Of a DNA stretch of 64,000 bases, positions 1 to 14,900 are shown piece after piece. The DNA lies in contig CM106586.1 of the NCBI GenBank assembly GCA_048013815.1, forward strand, positions 18,724,001 through 18,788,000, in the 5' to 3' direction. Position 1 is the stretch's first letter. The number at the start of each line of letters is the position of its first letter. The notes below the pieces were generated by a model that made no database searches, was not told the DNA's origin, and saw nothing but the letters and a program-made list of their open reading frames with translations. Origin of the DNA: Setoptus koraiensis. Its lineage: Eukaryota > Animalia > Arthropoda. The position numbers and the translations under genes are program-made.

Positions 1-3000
1 TTTTTAAAGAAAAGTTACATATCAATTCGTGTAAGTTACTCGGTGGCACTCTCATGTCTATGGGGTTCTTATGTGCCGCCAACAAACTTGTCATCCCTAT
101 TAATGTGTGCGAAAGAGAGCCATCAGTTTGCAAACAAGTAAGTCGATTCGACAGATAAACTAACCGTCTTTTTCTCAGAGCCGAATTTAGTTCAACTACT
201 TGTCGAGCTATTTTATGACATTGCACTGCGCCTGCAATCATTCCCTTTGGAATGAAAGTAAGTAGCGGAAGATTAGCATATTGTGCTCTATTTTTGCATG
301 GAGGTTCCCTCGCCATGGCTGCTGCTAAATCAATTTGAAACCAATGGCTCCTAGTCAATTGACAGAGCGCACTGTCTACTGGCTTAGATTGGTTGTGATG
401 CAGCATGACGGTTTTCGTTAGCGATAAGCTCAATCAAATTACCAAAGAATCGCCGTGAGGATAGTTGTGAAAAAGATGCGATTGGCCTCTTTTATTTTAT
501 GCTACTTCTTGAGTAGTGAGTCGTTGGATGGAGTCATTTTAACACACATGGTTGAATAGTAATAATAGTCTATAAAGACGTTGGCATTTTGAGAATGGTC
601 CAAGGAGCGAATAAGAAAAAGTCGTTCGCTCGTCGTCCGATGCGCCGACAAGTGGACAAATCGCGACAATCAGCTTGAAACAAACAACAATACTAATCAA
701 CTATGCACATCGATGAGTGAGTGTCGTCGATAAATATTCACGTGGTCTCATGTAATTTAGTATTTGTCGTCTCAAGTGGAATCATTTACTGGAGAGTGGC
801 CGACACAAGAGTAAACAGAAAGGCTCTTCTTCACCGCCGGCCCCGGCCCCGTCCACTCAATTTCCATTCCATGAGCCGAGACCATTCGCTAGAGTGACCA
901 GCAGCAAAATAACTGAGCCGAGCTACTTCGTCACAACGGGCAATAGCATTGGTAGGGAGGAGTTACAACGACAACGACAACGATGACGATATTAGATTAG
1001 CGGCTGGCGCACAAACGGCAGCGTTCAACATTGGCGCGGGCGGGGGATAAATTAAATAGAAACGAGCGCACAAATGATCTGAGGTCATTTATTCCCACGA
1101 TAATGTCAAAATAAGAATAAAAGAACCGGTGGTCTCGATATTAACTCGATGTGGCAGAGTAAAGAAAGGCAAGAGCCGGTCACCATTCGTCGCCAATAAC
1201 AAATAGAATAGAGGCCGAGAGGGAGAGAGCGAGAGTGACAGAGAATGCAAAGAAGAAATTGTTTAGCAACATCAAGATAAACACAGCGTAAAGAAGCCAT
1301 TTTACAGTTGCGCGACTCGGATGGCCTTGTTACAACACGAAAAGCTTCGCTCTCAATGTGGGCCGGCCCGAAACAGGGGCCAACACACTCTGACAGTCAC
1401 AACATTTGCCGCATGCGGCATCTATCTATCCGTTTGTATTATTGGGGTATTATTCTTTTTTATTCGCTGTCTTTCCAGCGAAGGAAAGCAACTCTAAAGT
1501 GAGCACAGCAAATCCGCGCGCGCGATCTAATATACAACGACAAGATTTATATAATATGTCTGATGCGGCGGCCGGCACGGCGGCAAGCTCGATCATCCGC
1601 ACAGATAGGCGACTTGCTAATGTCTCGGCGCTCGTCCCGTCAGCGCCCTCCCGCGCGATTCTTTGTTGTCTCGTTGTCTTGTAGTGGGATCAAAAATTAG
1701 AGATACATGCCAGAGATAAATAGTTGGCTCCCTCGGTGTCGTTAAGGAAATTTGGTTAAGCTGGTAGTTGCAGTTGCACATAATGCTGTTGTTTCAGTTT
1801 TTATAAAATAACAACAACAACAACAACAACTAAAACAACCGGTTGGGCCCCAATTGCGAGCAACTGCACACAACTGTCACGAGGTAGCGCAATTATAAAA
1901 GCTATAAAGTCTAGATTGGTGGCCTTCACATTTTGTGACTGCACTAGTGAAAAATGACATCATAAATGGGATGAATGAGAGATTAGAACAACAAACATGT
2001 TGGCTCTAAATCATCAGTTGTGGTGGCAGCCATAAATATGCCACTTGGCGAGACTTGACTTGTCGCTGGCGCGTTCAACGAGATAGACCGACGCAGAGGG
2101 AGAAAGAGCGAGGGAGAGGGAGAAAGAGCGAGGGAGCAAGAGAGGCGCTGTTATGCGAAAACAAACATTATGTAACGGTAGATGTATAAACACAAATTTC
2201 TGTACTACTGCTGTGTCAGGCAATTCTACTAGTGTTAACTTATACACGTGCAGCGAACCTTTTATGCTAATGAGTACACCTATCTTGGCTGTGACGGCAA
2301 AATTGCAGCCACCAATATAATTGGTACAACACTAAAAATTATGAATGACGCAACTGGACGACTGGCATACATCCACTTAATCAGTTTAGTTAGACCCCTG
2401 AATCGCATGCTAATAGGTGTAGGAGGCACTGTTTAATGATAACTAGCTAGACGGAATGTCGGAATGGGATGTGCGCTAGGCTGATCGAGTGGACAACAAT
2501 TTTTTTTTGCAGGCCCATTGGGCTATTTGCTGGCAATTTGTATCAGTTTGTGCCAGTGTGTGTGTGGCCTCGGGGGCTTTTCCGATTTCTCAGGAATACC
2601 ATCAACACATGCGCCATGTCACATAATAGAGACATTAGCAATAGAGAATTGCAATAATTCATCTTGGATCGCCATTGTTGGGTGAATATATTGGTCGTTT
2701 TATTTACTCAACGTTTCCAGCTAACCCGGCGCAAACAATTAGATCTGAGTGGCTTCAAAGAAACTTTTGAAAGTTATGCCAATTACTGACAGCCATTATT
2801 GTGCCCGCCACCAAAATAGAAACTCATTAGCATGAGAGCTGGATAAAGCCAGCTAATATACTCCGACAGTTATAACAGTTCAGTTGTGCAACCTTTAATT
2901 AATGCTCTGCAATCCACAGTCGGCCGTTTATTGCGTATGCACTGCCGTCAATTTCTCATGGTCTCACAATGGCTGCTATTCGATGACATCTTACCTTGCC

Positions 3001-4375
3001 GGCTGATCAGCCGGCATCACCTCATCAATGGAGACTGTCTGGGATCTCTTGTCGGTCAGACGATCGGGCTTAGTTTTGCAACAATATTTATAGAGAGAAT
3101 GTACACACAGCCATGTTTGTGGCACAAGGGACCCGCTTACCATTTGTATTTTTTGCCGCAATTCTGTGTCAGTTATGCATCTTCTTGTGGACTCACAATT
3201 GTAATTTGCATGTTACCAAGTTTGGTTTGTTCAGTTGGGATCGTAAAAGTTTCGAGAATGGAGACGCCAAGTTAATTGGTGTTTTAGGGTCCAACCAAAA
3301 CCCGTTTGTTCAGGCGAAAATGATATGGTCGAGCCACCGGGCCCCTCTGCAATGGCTGGCGCGCCGCCTTGAGGCCAGAGAAGAAAACAAATTTTTGAAA
3401 CTATTGTGGCAACCAGTAGCGTCTCTCATGCACCAACCGACGGCATTTTGTTTGTTGACGCGCAAGCGCAACAATAACGTTTCTGAAAACGTGCTCTCTC
3501 TACATTCCACTCTATTGCATTCCACTGGTGAATATTGGGCAAAAACTGGTACTGGTAATATTGCGACCACCGATGATGGCCCCTAATTAATCGCATCTAA
3601 TTAAATTGAGACAGTTATTTACATTAGTTAACAACGATCGGCATAATTATTCAGAATCGGAATCGTTGCTGGCCATCATCACTGGATGGAGTCCCAGAGA
3701 CAATCGACAGTCGGCTAGAGGAGAAACTCACATCAAAACTGGACAGGATCAATCATTTCTCTGCAGATAGAGGAGACTCTTTTGCCCTTGCATCGCCGAG
3801 ATAATTCAGCATCTCGGTGCTTTGTCACACAATAATAAACAGTAATCAAATAAGATGATTGATTGCTACTTAATTGCGCTACTTGCATCATGGGCTCCAT
3901 GAATATCATGGACGATTTTGTCGGGACACATGCCGGCCGCTTACAACAAAAAGAAGCTACTGGACAAATTTTACGAATGGCATTCAAGCAGTTGGAGGGT
4001 GTCACAGCTGAGGCGCCGACACCAGACAATAGACTAGACAGGTTGGACAAGGACAATACTTGCCTGAATAAGTCGGATCGAAAAGCAGAATTGACACACT
4101 GGTCCAATCTGCTACAAAGGGAAATGGAGCCAACTTTTGGGACACAGACTTCGAAATACGCAATCCAACAGGCAGAGACAAACCATTTGCCAGAATGTTG
4201 GGTGTTGAATTTCCGTCCGGCACCAGTTACCTTGTTTGTTCAACGAAAAACAATGCTGGTAATAACAAATGTTGCTCAAAAAGCAAACCAGTAGAACAGC
4301 AGACAACTCGGCAGAGTAGATAACAGAATTGTAACGACACTGACAATCGTTGAGCGCTTAACTCACCCGCTCTAG

Positions 4376-4626
4376 CAACATCATCATCCAAAGATGGACA
4401 GCAACTTTTGAAAAAGAAACGATTAACTCAATTGCAACAAGAGCTAAACAGTCTCTATAAAACCGAACAATCTATTCGCTCGGCAATGGATGCCATTCTA
4501 TCTGCGAAACCAATCAATTACGAGCTCCGATGGCGCAAATGGAAACAGTTGCGGCGGATGCAAGACAAGCAATCCAAAGTTTTGCGAGAATGTGTGACAA
4601 TATTACTCAGCTTGCTCAAGGACTAA
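4376..4626 (+). CDS. Possible terminal exon of an unidentified gene (coiled-coil-like peptide), convergent on Dok
   Basis: A pyrimidine-rich acceptor (cccgctctag, 4375) is followed by an open frame ...KRLTQLQQELNSLYKTEQSIRSAMDAIL...LLSLLKD* with heptad-like character. Upstream ORFs 3113-3586 and 3863-4294 have non-repetitive composition, but I recognise no family and could not build a consistent splice model. Confidence 0.3.
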
Positions 4627-4804
4627 CTGAATTTCAATGTGATGTCGCCATCATTGCGATTCATTACATGACAGACTATGTGTTTTAATTACGATCAACG
4701 TCATAATCTTTATTTGATAACTATTACCTCTCATTACTACTGTCAAGCTGTTACTGACATGAACTACTTCTATCCGTCTATTGAACAATCACATCGATGA
4801 ACTA

Positions 4805-7800
4805 TCATAGGCATGATTCGTATCTCATGCCAAATGGATTTTTTGATATCTTAGCATATTGCACATCATTTATCAGATAGTGACCAGGCAATTTGTTGAT
4901 ATTTGCACCGCTACCATGTATCCGATTTAATTGATTCAATTGATCTGAATAGGACTGTGACGAACCAAAATGCTGGATATTAGATGTTACCGACGATGGC
5001 GAGATAATTCTATCCTTCCGATGGCCGTTATATATTGGTGCCTTTGGCCCTGAATGTGGTATAGCGTCAAAGCTAGAATGTGAATCATCTTTTTTATGTA
5101 ATTTGTTGTTGTGATGGTGGTCTATGATGCCTTGGATATTAGAATCAACGGAATGGGTTGGGCCCGTCATTATTAGTTGACGATTGTGATGAGTTCTCAA
5201 TGGAGCCTCTTTTGTGTTTTCCTGATTACCGTTGAAAATAGGTCTGCAGGTGAGCATATTCAAATGTCTAACATTTGTGTTACTGCTACTACTATCATTG
5301 GAAGATATACTAGCATACGTGTGAATATCTGAGGAATCTCTACCAAAAACGCTTGATGGATGATCGTTCAAGTGATCATGAATACCCTTGTTGTCCAGGT
5401 CGTCAGTATTATCAGCAGACGGACTGATGTTTTGGTCATATTTTCTCATCTTGGCACAATTATCGCTGCGTTGTTGGCCCAGTGCTGATTGATTGACGGT
5501 GACACCCAAACCAGAATCATTGGCACAATTATCACTATTTGTATCGGACAAGGATAAATTATCACACGGGGACAATTCATTTGAATTGTTTGTTAATGTA
5601 ATCGTTTGGTGTGTCCTTTGAATGTCTCCAATATTATTATTGCTGTTATTATTATTATTGCTATTATTATTATTACTATTACTATTGTTGTTATTATTGT
5701 GAGCGCCGCTGGTAGTGAAGGCAAATGTGGCGTGTAATTTAGTTATTTCACTGTAGACCTCTTTGATGAGATTGGTCTCGAAATCGTCGGTGGATGAATA
5801 TGAAGAGTGAGGGTCATCATTGAGTGAGTTTACAGAGGACTTCATAGATTTTATATGATCAACCACTCTGGAAAGATTTCTGCCCGTACCACTAAACATT
5901 CTAGGAAACTGTTCCTGTTGCTGGCTGGAATTGTTTTTGGTTTGCTCTTGCTGCTGCTGCTTCGTCCTGGCATTAGCGCCTTCGCAGTGCAATTGATTGT
6001 GAGATTCAGTTAGATTGATCTGTTTGTTGTGATTGAAATTATCTAAACTATTAGCATTGTTGTTGCCCATACTTTTGGTGGTGTTCTTGTCCGGAGGTGC
6101 CAACGTTAGCTGCAATCTACCGCTATCTTGAACTGACGAACTACTATTTGGCGATACATCAGACGACTGTTTTCCCATTAATCTGTTATCATTATCCGAG
6201 CATCTACTCTGACTAGTTATAGAATCGTCGACACTATCCTCGCCCTGATCATAGCCGCTCTCGTCGGTCAGATCGTCGGAATTGGCCGACGACGAGTTGC
6301 TGCAATTCTGCTTCCGGTTGACTTGCAAAGAATTTGCAACGCTATTACTGGGAATGCCACCTGCCGGCGGTTCCATGCGGCCCAAATGTTTTCTTTCTAG
6401 CGCCTTAAAGAAAGTCTCTTGGCTTTTGTTGATGGCATCGTGCTGTAGATTATCGTGTGGCGTTTTGGCCGGGGGCGCCGCCAGCGCCGCCGAACCCGTC
6501 GGCGACCAAACAATTGGTATCATTGTGGCATTGGTTTCGGTGGACGACGGTTGCAGGTCGCAACTGTTGCCGCTGTTGCTCATGGCCAGCGCGATATGAT
6601 GATGATTGTTAGATTCGCCTCTGTGTTCTGTAATGAGATGACCAGTGGTGGTGGCCATTAAGTTTCGATTGGCCTTCTGATTGATGGACGGTGGTGACAA
6701 TTCTTTGGCTGCATTGCTGTTATCGCTAATAGTTGATCGTTGTGGTTGCTGTTGTTGTTGCTGTTGTTGTTGTTGTTGTTGTTGTGACGCAATTGCGCTG
6801 CTAATTTGATGATTGATAGGATGACTGGGAGCTGTCAGATTGGCTTGGGGTTGCGCTGGCTGCTGCTGCTGGTCAGATTGCAATCTGATTGCGTTCACAA
6901 AATTAACAACGTCCTGATAGATGCTGTGAGCTTTGGGCGTCTGCACTATGAATTGTCCCGGGCCCGAGGTGCATTTTCTGCCCGCCTCAAACATGAAACA
7001 ATTGTCCTTGTCGAAACCGTACCGTCTGATGCACTGGTACGGCCACGACCACAATCCCGAGCTGCTGTTGGCCGCTTGCTGTTGCGGACTCAACTGGAGC
7101 GAGTAATCGTTGAGCAGAGTCAACTCTTGCGGGCCCACAATAAGCTGATAGAAAGTTATGGGGCCCGCGAAAAGTGTCTCACTGTTGTTGTTGTTTCGGC
7201 CGCTTGGCGCCATCTGTTCCGCCGCAGTGTGACTAGTGGTGGCAACGGCTTTGGTCGTTGCGCTGGCCGAAATGTCAGTGTTGCTTGCCTGTTCCACTAA
7301 TTGGCCACTCACCGGAAATGGCGAACCGGAAGCGCTCGCCATTGTTGTTGTTAGTGATGATTTTGACGATATTAGATCATATTGTTGGCATATGTTTGAG
7401 GGCGTTGTCAGCTTGTAACATTTCAATTGACATCTCATAGATAGCTCTGTCTCGATGATCTTGACACGATAATTGTGCTCAGAGGGATTGTCCTCGATGG
7501 AGCAGTACAACATGTTTTCTTCTTCCTCATCCAAAGTGGTGACAATGGCCACCGATTTATTTGGTGCCGACTTGGCGTTGGCGTTGTTGACGGGCAACCG
7601 AAGCTGCTGATTGGTGGCCGCGTTGTTGGTCGCTGTCGCCACCTCTCGGGCCGCCATCAACAATTGACCTCTCACTGTTGGTGTCATAGTTTCAAATTCT
7701 AACAATTTATCTGCACAAAATTTATTATTAGAGCCGGCGCTGTTTGGGTTGGCCGGTTTCAAGAAGGGCGAATCTACGGGCGGTTGCGGCTTCTGGCTTG

Positions 7801-10800
7801 AGGGTCCCATCAGGCTGGGTTGCCTCTGGCGCGGTCTGGTGGGCGGCGGCAACAGAGGCGCCTCGCTCACCATGTGATTGTTGGTGGTTAAATGGGTCAA
7901 TTTGCGATTCTGCAATGACGCATCCGTTGCCATAACAAGGCAAGAGGCGCCCCCGACAGGTGAATTGAGCTGCTGTCTCAGTTGTGAGGTGGCCGATCTG
8001 TTAGCGGCCGTGGCTGCAGCCGCTGCCACAGCCAGCGCCTTTGGTCCGCCACCGATGGCCGAAACGATTTCTTGGCCAACAACAATTGACCTAGAAGTGT
8101 CGTTACAACTGGACTGTTGTTGTTGTTGTTGTTGTTGTTGTTGTCGCATGACACAAGACGACATTGCGTGCATTCGTTGTTGTTGTTGTTCCATTAGTGA
8201 GATCCCGTTAATTATTTGCTTTTGTTTGGCCGCGTTGAGACCCATGTGATGGTCAGTGGGCGCTAGTCTAGTTTTAGTTGTTGCATTGGCAGTAGTTGAA
8301 GTAGTTGTTGTGTTATTAGTGTTGTTGTTAGTTGTTGTAGCCGGCACTGTTGTTGAGTGGCTGCCGGTGGCGTCCGTAGTTTGGCCTTGGCAATTAGTTG
8401 TGCCTGTTGCACTGTTAGGTGGCGTTGGTGTTGTTGTTGGCGATGACACATTAGTGGGCCTGCTCTGATTAAAGGCCACCAATCTGAGACAATTGACCCA
8501 ATCGTTCATGTCTTGATACGATTGTGCCGCAAATAGATGCAAATGTTCCTTGGTTCTCACCTATTGTTGTCAAGTGTAATTATGCCGTCATTTGCGTACG
8601 TTCGTTTGCCATCGTTGATGATCCGTCAGTCCGTTTGTAGGTCCGTTTGCAGGTCCGTTTGTAGGTCCGTTTGTTGGTCAGTCCGTTTGTTGGTCAGCGC
8701 CAGCAGCGGCAATTGGCGGCGTAACGAGACGCACAGATTGAGACACAGATAGTTGGTTATATAATTATATAATGTAATAATATAATGATATTAAGATAAT
8801 GAGAGTTGCCATAGCAGTTGGCCGGAATGGCCGCATTGTGCATGCGGACACTTGCGCGACGAGTAATGAGTGCAATGGGGGCTATAATGTAATCATGATC
8901 ATCGTTCCAACGCCCTCGACGAGCGCCAGCGAGCCGGCCGCTCACTTAGCCGGCTGGCCAGACAGCCAGTTAGCCGATTGGCCAGTTATCCCGTTGGCCA
9001 GTTATCCCGTTGGCCAGTTATCCCGTTGGCCGGCAAGCGAGCCGGCCTGCGAGCCAGCCAGCCTGCGAGCCAGCCAGCGAGCGGCACAAAAGAATAACGA
9101 GATCTCGTTGTGGCGTTATTCTTCTCCGCTGCAATTGAATGGCTCCTTTATATTTTTACGCTCGCCTCTCTGGGCTGTTGCGCGCTGATGATTCCAACTA
9201 AAATTATATGCAAATATAATCGCCGTTCGTCAGACATCGCTCACAAAAGCGGCCGGCAACAAATTTGATGAGCGCTCTTTGTTGATAGTGGCCCGCAAAG
9301 GCAAGCGATAAGAAAGCAAAAATAGACTCAATCATAGGGGATTATTAACATGACGACACACACACACACACACACGGATGAAGGGATAAAATAGATTCCG
9401 AGCGAGACGCTCTTTTTGTTGGTTAGTCACGCATGGCCAAGACAACAAGTTGTCGGTTTCGGCCAGTTCGACTCATTCATAGATTGACTCATTAAAGAGC
9501 CGGACAGCCGGACAGCGGCCCAATTGGTCTTGTGACTCACACAGGCTGTGAGTTAAGCGACAGAAACGAGAATAACATTACATCATCGTTCTCACAACTT
9601 AACAGATTTGCACTGTGTCAATCTGTTAAGTTGTGTCACTACTCGGCCATTTGTATGCTCATCATCGGAATATCCGATGATGAATTCTCTGACAATTCAG
9701 TTCTCAGACGGCGGCTCTTCGTTGCCAAGACACCATGCTATTCGCACCAAGACACTGTTCGCGACGACCAATTTGCCCCATCCTCGGGCCAGGATGACAA
9801 AACAGATGGTGGACACACACACACGCCGTGATTATTCATACAATTGACGGCTAAATAATCAACATCCTGTCCCGTGCGAATCTCTCGATGCGAACATGTC
9901 AGTGCGAGTCTCTCGATGCGAACATCTCTTTGTGCGAATATCTCTCTCGAATCAAGAGTCTTGGTATCGGCGCAACAGCCAGACGGCGAGACAGTGCGTC
10001 GAAGCGGCCATTCATCATCAGTTTATCGTTTATCGCTGTCGACTCTGGCAGACTGCAGCGACCAGACTCCGGCGACCAGACTCCGGCGACTAGACTTTGG
10101 CGACTAGACTCTGGCCACTTGAGTGATAAATACCGGCGACCAGCTGACATGGGCCCACAAAGACACACACACACACACACAAGATGAAAAGGCTGGAGAG
10201 ATGATGAGGCAATTGGCATGAGAGAAACACACATGACGATGAGAATTATTCCAACGGAATCATCGTCATTTCCTAGATCGATGCTGGCTTGGTGAGACGC
10301 GCAACATCTCATTCAATCTTATCTAATCTTATTCAATTGGTATCTTATTGGCGGTTGGGCCGTGGCCGCGGCCGCGGCCGCGCAAGTTTGCGATAGGCAA
10401 CGATTGTTGTTGCTGCTGTCACATTGTATCGCTGTCACATTGTTGCTGAGCCGCATTGCGCTGCGAATCAGCGATAACAACGATACCCGTTTGCCCATAA
10501 TGAGCGCGCAGTAACGGAAGTGAAAAAGTGAAGCCTTGTCAGCCGTGCCAGATAGTTAGCAAATGGTCAAAATTAGACTGTCCGGCAACGAATTGTTTCG
10601 ATCGTGCGCCCCTGATGAGCCACTTGTGACTCGCATTTTGTGAGAACTAACAAGTGCCTGTAACTCACAAGTTGTAACTTACAAGCTGTAACTTACAAGC
10701 TGTGTAACTCATAAGCAAGTGAACCAAAAACTGACTAGAACAAACTCGATCTTGATTACGTAGCGTGGCCATAAAACACACACAAGTTGCCATTGTTACA

Positions 10801-11165
10801 CTTGATCTAGTTGGCGGCGCCACCAGCTCGCTGAAACTAACTGAACCGTAAAACTAATGGCGCCACAACTAATGGCGAGATAATCACAAAATAATAGATA
10901 GTTCGTGCTGGTAATAGCCGTTCATGGTGGCACCAATGGCAGCATATGGCAGCCAGTGGTTATGCCATTACTTTGTATGAGTGCACACATTGCAAATCGA
11001 CAGAGTTGTTTGTATGTGATTGCGAGTGAACAATCTTGCCACACTGATCTTGCCAAACGCCAATTGATATGTGAGCGATCGCAATTCAACTTTCATGCTC
11101 AACTTTCAATCTCGGTCCGATTGCGACAGCCAAAACAACAGCCAAAACAACAACCAACAACAACC

Positions 11166-11240
<75 letters not shown>

Positions 11241-11898
11241 CAATAACAAACAACAACCAATAACAACAAACAACCAACAACAACAACAACAACGCACAAC
11301 AACAAATTGCTCATCGAGGAAGAAGCCAGCCCCAGGCGAGGCCAATGAGCCGGCCGCTGTCATTGGTTATCGGCCGGGGCGATTGGTGTTGGCAAGCTAG
11401 CGGTGCCACGCATCTGCATATTAATTAGCATGGATAAACTGGCAACTTGTTGCACACAATCGTTGCCAGCAATAAACAGCGTTGGCAAACAATCAATGAT
11501 TTGTCATTAATTACGGTCGTCAATGCAATTGTTGTCGTGATCGGTGCCGCTATTCATTTGCCTTGCCAACCAAAGTCTCGTCTAATTGGGATGCGAGACA
11601 AGCATGCGAAACAATGCAGCCGATCAACTGATGCGGTCCCCTGTTCCAGATTGCGTCGCTTTCTCGAGTCGCTTTCTCGAGTCGCGAGTCGCGAGTCGCG
11701 AGTCTCGAGTCGCTCGACGGTCGCCCTGGCGAAGGTCAGTCGATTCGCCGATTTGGAAATTAATGATTACTTTTGGACTTTGCCAATATTACTTTGTATG
11801 GCACGCCAAGCTCGGCGTTACAAGTTTGCCCGACTTGTACTAACGCTCGCAAGTTCACTATGAGACAGGTGCATAATTTGTTTTTGTTTATTATTTAT

Positions 11899-11935
<37 letters not shown>

Positions 11936-14900
11936 ATCATTCGCATGCTGGCTTTGCTGACAGAGCCGCTCGCGGCTCGAAACGAGCGACTTTGACTTTA
12001 TTAATGAGGCTACAGTGATGGCCAAATCGCTAGTTAGCCTCATTAGAGAGCATCATTTTTGTTGATCGCATCGCTCTCTATTCATGAGGTGTCCATGTCA
12101 GAGGATTATCATTAAAATAGCATTAATTTGCGGCCAGTCGCAACTGGTCGCACACACACTGTTACTGTTAGTTACGTAACAACACACACTGTTACTGTTA
12201 GTTGCGTAACAACACACACACAGTTGGCTATCGCATATCGCCTGTCAGTTGCTGTTGTTCGTGACGATTTATTTGCGGACCAAACAAGACAACGAAGGCG
12301 ATAGATTTAAACACGAATAAACACTAATAAACAATGTGTACAAAGTGAACGGTGAATGCCAATGAACGGCAGCGCCACATTAAAATTTAGGCCACCGCAC
12401 TAACAACTTGTAAGCTCGCTCGCCGAGATGTTATCTTGCGTAACAGCAACAGCGGCGCCGCAACAGCGACAGGTAAAGTCGTCATCGCGTTTGAATTTAA
12501 ATTTAAACGAAAATTTAAATGAAAATGAAAATTAAATTCGTACCAAATTAGAATACGAAACGGCTCATCAAGAGCCACGCCAAATCAGCCGGCCACGGCG
12601 ATGGCCAACGTTGGCCGGGCCATTCACGAGCCATGCATAAATGGTCAAGTGAATCAGTGAGATTGCGCAGCGTTCGTGCACTCGTTGTCACTGGCTCCGC
12701 TGACCACAACAACTGACCAAAACAAATTTGCGCCGCATCACACACAATTGGCCGGCACAAACGGCACAAACGGCACAAACGGCACAAACGGCACAGATTA
12801 AGCGAGATTATTATTACATGACATCATAATAAACAAAGTGCATCAACAAACAAGCAAGAGCGCGATAACTGTGACGTAATCAAGGCAAATGTTGCTGAGA
12901 GAAAGTATTTAGTGTCTCGTATTTAGTGTATGTATCGCTTAGTTAGCCGCTGCCGCCAGTCGGCTCACAATTGAGCTGTTGAATGGCGGCCGAAAAGCGT
13001 GCCTTCCTAATGCAATAATGTGAGTCGCAGCTTGTCCAATGGCCCTATTACGTCAGCCGCGGTGTGATGGAGATACAATTATGCTGGCGAAAGTAAAGGT
13101 AGTTCGTGAAGGCACAAATTGGGGCGACTGCGGTGTGTCGGACTGCGTTGAACGTAACGCCGCCTCGCACTTACAAAGTGCACCGTCGGATATCTCCGGC
13201 CGGCTGACCGCATCAGCATGAATATTCATGACACCGGCAGTGTGACAGCACCGACAGTTGTTGTTGTAGCTGTTGATGTTGTTGTTGCTGTTGTAGCTTT
13301 TCATGTTGCAGTTGTTGTAGCTGCCGAGGTTGTTGTGTTGCGGTCAGCTGACAGTTGTCAGTCACTTGGCCGCCACATAACGGCCCCCATCGATTTGTGA
13401 CGTGTCCGCACAGCTGATTGCCGATCATGCCATGACTGACAGTAGTAATTTGACAGTTACAGATCGACCAGCCGACGACAAGCCGGCACAGCTGATCGGC
13501 CGGCACAGCTGACTGGACAGCCGTCACATCTGACACACGCTCATACAGCCAATGTGCAACAGACGTAACAAATAGCGAACCTGGCGGCCAACAACAACAA
13601 CATCTCAATCAATTCAATCATGCGGCCGTCATCGGCTCCACTCAGGTGTCAGCTGCAGGCAACAAGTGCACAAAGCAACAAGTGTGTATGTTGCTAATTT
13701 GCAACTATCCACCATCGAGATCGGGCCGGCCGGCCGACCGACCGACCGACCGACCGACCGACCGACCGACCGACCGACTGGCCGAGATCTGGCCGGCCGG
13801 GCTTGGCTAGATCTGATTGTGCGCGCAAAGTCCATTGTGAGACACGAGGCGAGGTGTCGACGGGTCGGGCCGGCAGTGCGCGGCGGCGGCTGCGGCTGCA
13901 CAATTGATCGGGCCCGATCAATTGTGTGCGCCAACACACGGGCTAATTGGCATGCGAGCCCAGTCATCAATTTCAATTTCAAGTGGTCAGTCTGTCTTTG
14001 TTGTTGCTGGCAGCGTCGGTGCGCCTCTCGCTGCTTGTAATCGCTGCCCGATCACTATCACCTATGCGCTTGCCTGTAGACAGACAAGGTTATTACGCAA
14101 TCGTTATTATTGTTATTGTGGCGTGTGTGTTAACAGCGACAACAATAGACTGACAGGCGGCAGCGGCGGCGCTTGCACAATACACTTGTTATATAACTTG
14201 CTAGCAACTTGTTATATTACAATACTTGTTATATAACAAGTCACAATACTCTAACTGTACAATACAGCATAAACAGTGTGTGATGAATATATACGGTGAG
14301 TGCAAGTGCCAAAAAAAGACAACATCAATTGTATCCGGCAATTGGTCGCTCTCACACTCTCATACAACACAACTGCTCATGCTGGCCAGCGATTTCATTC
14401 AATTCAATTGGCAATTTCGATCGGCCAATCAACGTAAACAATAGCAACAATAATGATGATATCAGCCGATCCAATCAACGCCAACTCCGCTCAACAGTTG
14501 GCCGGCCAGCGCCCATTGTGTGTGTGTGTGTCGACAACAAGTGGCTGGCCACTTTGTTTATGCTTTTGTTTGCCTGTCGTCGGTGTGTGTCGATGCAATT
14601 ATTACGGCATTATTAATGGCGCAACTGCAATTAAACAACACACACACACACACAAATCACGACAATCAGCGATTCTTCCTGCCCACAATGTACGATGCAA
14701 TAAAGAATAAATATATATTTATTTATATATTGAGACGGTTGAGCGGCGCCACTGGCCGCATATTCGCTTGGCCGAGCCGACGGCGACAGCACCAACACAA
14801 GCACGGTCGCAGTGTCCAGTAATTGGCTCGCTGTCCATCGATACATCGATGCGTTGGTGGCTGTGAGACAGTGCAAAGAAAAAGAAAATCCAACACTGGT

